Assembly (NCBI GenBank): GCA_965219415.1
Contig: CBDCNP010000002.1
Coordinates: forward strand, 4,672,001-4,736,000
Length of the DNA: 64,000 nucleotides
Source of the DNA: Candidatus Marinacidobacterales bacterium
GTDB taxonomy: Bacteria > Acidobacteriota > Vicinamibacteria > Marinacidobacterales > DATDRI01
Reading direction: 5' to 3'
Part shown: positions 62,692 to 64,000 of the stretch, one piece after another
Layout: each line of letters begins with the position of its first letter
How positions within the stretch are numbered: the first letter of the stretch is position 1
The notes under the pieces: model-generated
Told to the model about the DNA's origin: nothing
The model's database searches: none
The model's input: only the letters and a program-made list of their open reading frames with translations
Made by a program: the position numbers and the translations under genes

Positions 62692-64000
62692 ATGAAAGCC
62701 ATCGACTGTCCCTTTGCAAAAATCATCAATGGAACCTCCCAGTTTCTAATTCCCGTCTTTCAGCGCGACTACAGTTGGAACGAGGTGGAGTGCGAACAGT
62801 TGTGGCGGGACATCCTCCAGATCGCATCGGATCCGTCCGAGCGAGGTCACTTCCTGGGGTCCGTCGTCTACATCCCGACGAGAGACACCTCGGCTGCATT
62901 CACTCGCTGGCTCCTAATTGATGGTCAGCAACGCGTCACCACGCTGACGCTCCTCCTGGTAGCGCTTCGCGACCACATCGTCGAAAGCGAATGGTCCGGG
63001 ACCGATGATGGGCCGACCGCGAGGCGTGTCGAGGCTTACTTCTTGAAGAACGTCGAAGAGAAGGGTAGCCGCCGGCCCAAGCTCGTGCTGCGTCGTCGCG
63101 ATCAGGCGACCTTGCGGGCGATCCTCGACGGAAATGAGCCTCCCAAGGAGATCTCTGAGCGCATCCGAGATAACTACGACTGGTTCCGCGAGCAATTAGC
63201 CAATGCTGACCCTGAGCTCGTGTACCGCGGCATCAACCGGCTGATTGTCGTCGATGTCACCCTCGATCGTGGCACTGACAACCCTCAGCTTATCTTCGAG
63301 AGCCTGAACTCGACTGGCATGGATCTGAGCCAGTCCGACCTGATCCGTAACTTCGTCCTGATGCGCCTTCCGGAGGCGGAACAGACCCGTTTGTATGAGA
63401 CCTACTGGAGTAAGATTGAGAGTCTTTTCCGTGGCTCTGAGAGGACCTTCGACGCGTTTGTAAGGGACTACCTTGCGCTTCGGTCGCGTGCCACAAAACA
63501 AGAGAAGGCCGACGAGATCTACTTCGCCTTCCGCCGCGAGTTTGGAGCCATTGGGACTGAAGAGAAGCGACTCGACAAGTTGCTCGAAGAGCTACTACGG
63601 TTTGCTCGTTACCACGCTGCTTTCAGCCTCGGAGCCGCCGTGCCCGAGCCAGTGCGAAAGCCTTGCGCGCGCCTGCGGCGCCTTCTGGACGTTCCCGCCA
63701 TCCTGATAATGCGACTATTCGAGTGTTACGATGTGCACGGGACGCTGGAGCCCGGTACGTTCGCGGAGGCCATCGAGCTGATCGAGAGCTACGTGTTTCG
63801 GCGCACGATCTGCGGCGAGCAGACTCGTGGGTACTGGCAAGTATTCGCGAACCTCGCTTACCAGATCGATTCCGTTCGTCCGCTCAAGTCCTTGGCTGTC
63901 GGGCTCGCCAGGCAGCGAGACACGTACAGATTTCCGGACGATACAGAGTTCCATCGGGCGCTCACGGATCGTGATGTCTACGGGAAGCGGGTGTGCGTTG
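62692..64000 (+). CDS. GmrSD-family DUF262 protein, runs off the window (absent from the ORF track)
   Basis: IPVFQRDYSW, HFLGSVV, IDGQQR, IFESLNSTG..LSQSDLIRN. Confidence 0.9.
   Translation, partial: MKAIDCPFAKIINGTSQFLIPVFQRDYSWNEVECEQLWRDILQIASDPSERGHFLGSVVYIPTRDTSAAFTRWLLIDGQQRVTTLTLLLVALRDHIVESEWSGTDDGPTARRVEAYFLKNVEEKGSRRPKLVLRRRDQATLRAILDGNEPPKEISERIRDNYDWFREQLANADPELVYRGINRLIVVDVTLDRGTDNPQLIFESLNSTGMDLSQSDLIRNFVLMRLPEAEQTRLYETYWSKIESLFRGSERTFDAFVRDYLALRSRATKQEKADEIYFAFRREFGAIGTEEKRLDKLLEELLRFARYHAAFSLGAAVPEPVRKPCARLRRLLDVPAILIMRLFECYDVHGTLEPGTFAEAIELIESYVFRRTICGEQTRGYWQVFANLAYQIDSVRPLKSLAVGLARQRDTYRFPDDTEFHRALTDRDVYGKRVCV

Overview
GC-rich bacterial accessory region, probably Acidobacteriota (inferred from the TonB receptor type and gene repertoire). 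It is a mosaic of about 25 gene-sized cargo blocks separated by stacks of truncated mobile-element termini. Defence and TA cargo: Lamassu/ABC-3C, a helicase-less type ISP-like RM enzyme, a DUF1156-like MTase plus REase, GmrSD, an AIPR-cold-shock fusion, a NucS-like nuclease and two TA pairs. Other cargo: surface-glycosylation genes, HU, a racemase, SPFH, an ATP-grasp protein, TlpA, CYTH and a TonB receptor. Mobile DNA: a 166-bp MITE (6 full copies), its IS1-family parent, a 1.3-kb IS481/IS3-like integrase element, a serine-recombinase/DUF2924 transposon with mini-derivatives, remnants of IS5, IS21, IS3, IS256 and IS6-like elements, and group II intron 3' remnants. The most striking result readable from sequence is that two IS110-family elements carry bridge-RNA guides matching the terminal repeats of other IS families, and both sit in those repeats. 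None of the element copies I checked has a target-site duplication. No tRNA, rRNA or CRISPR array was seen. All family calls come from motif recognition, not database searches.
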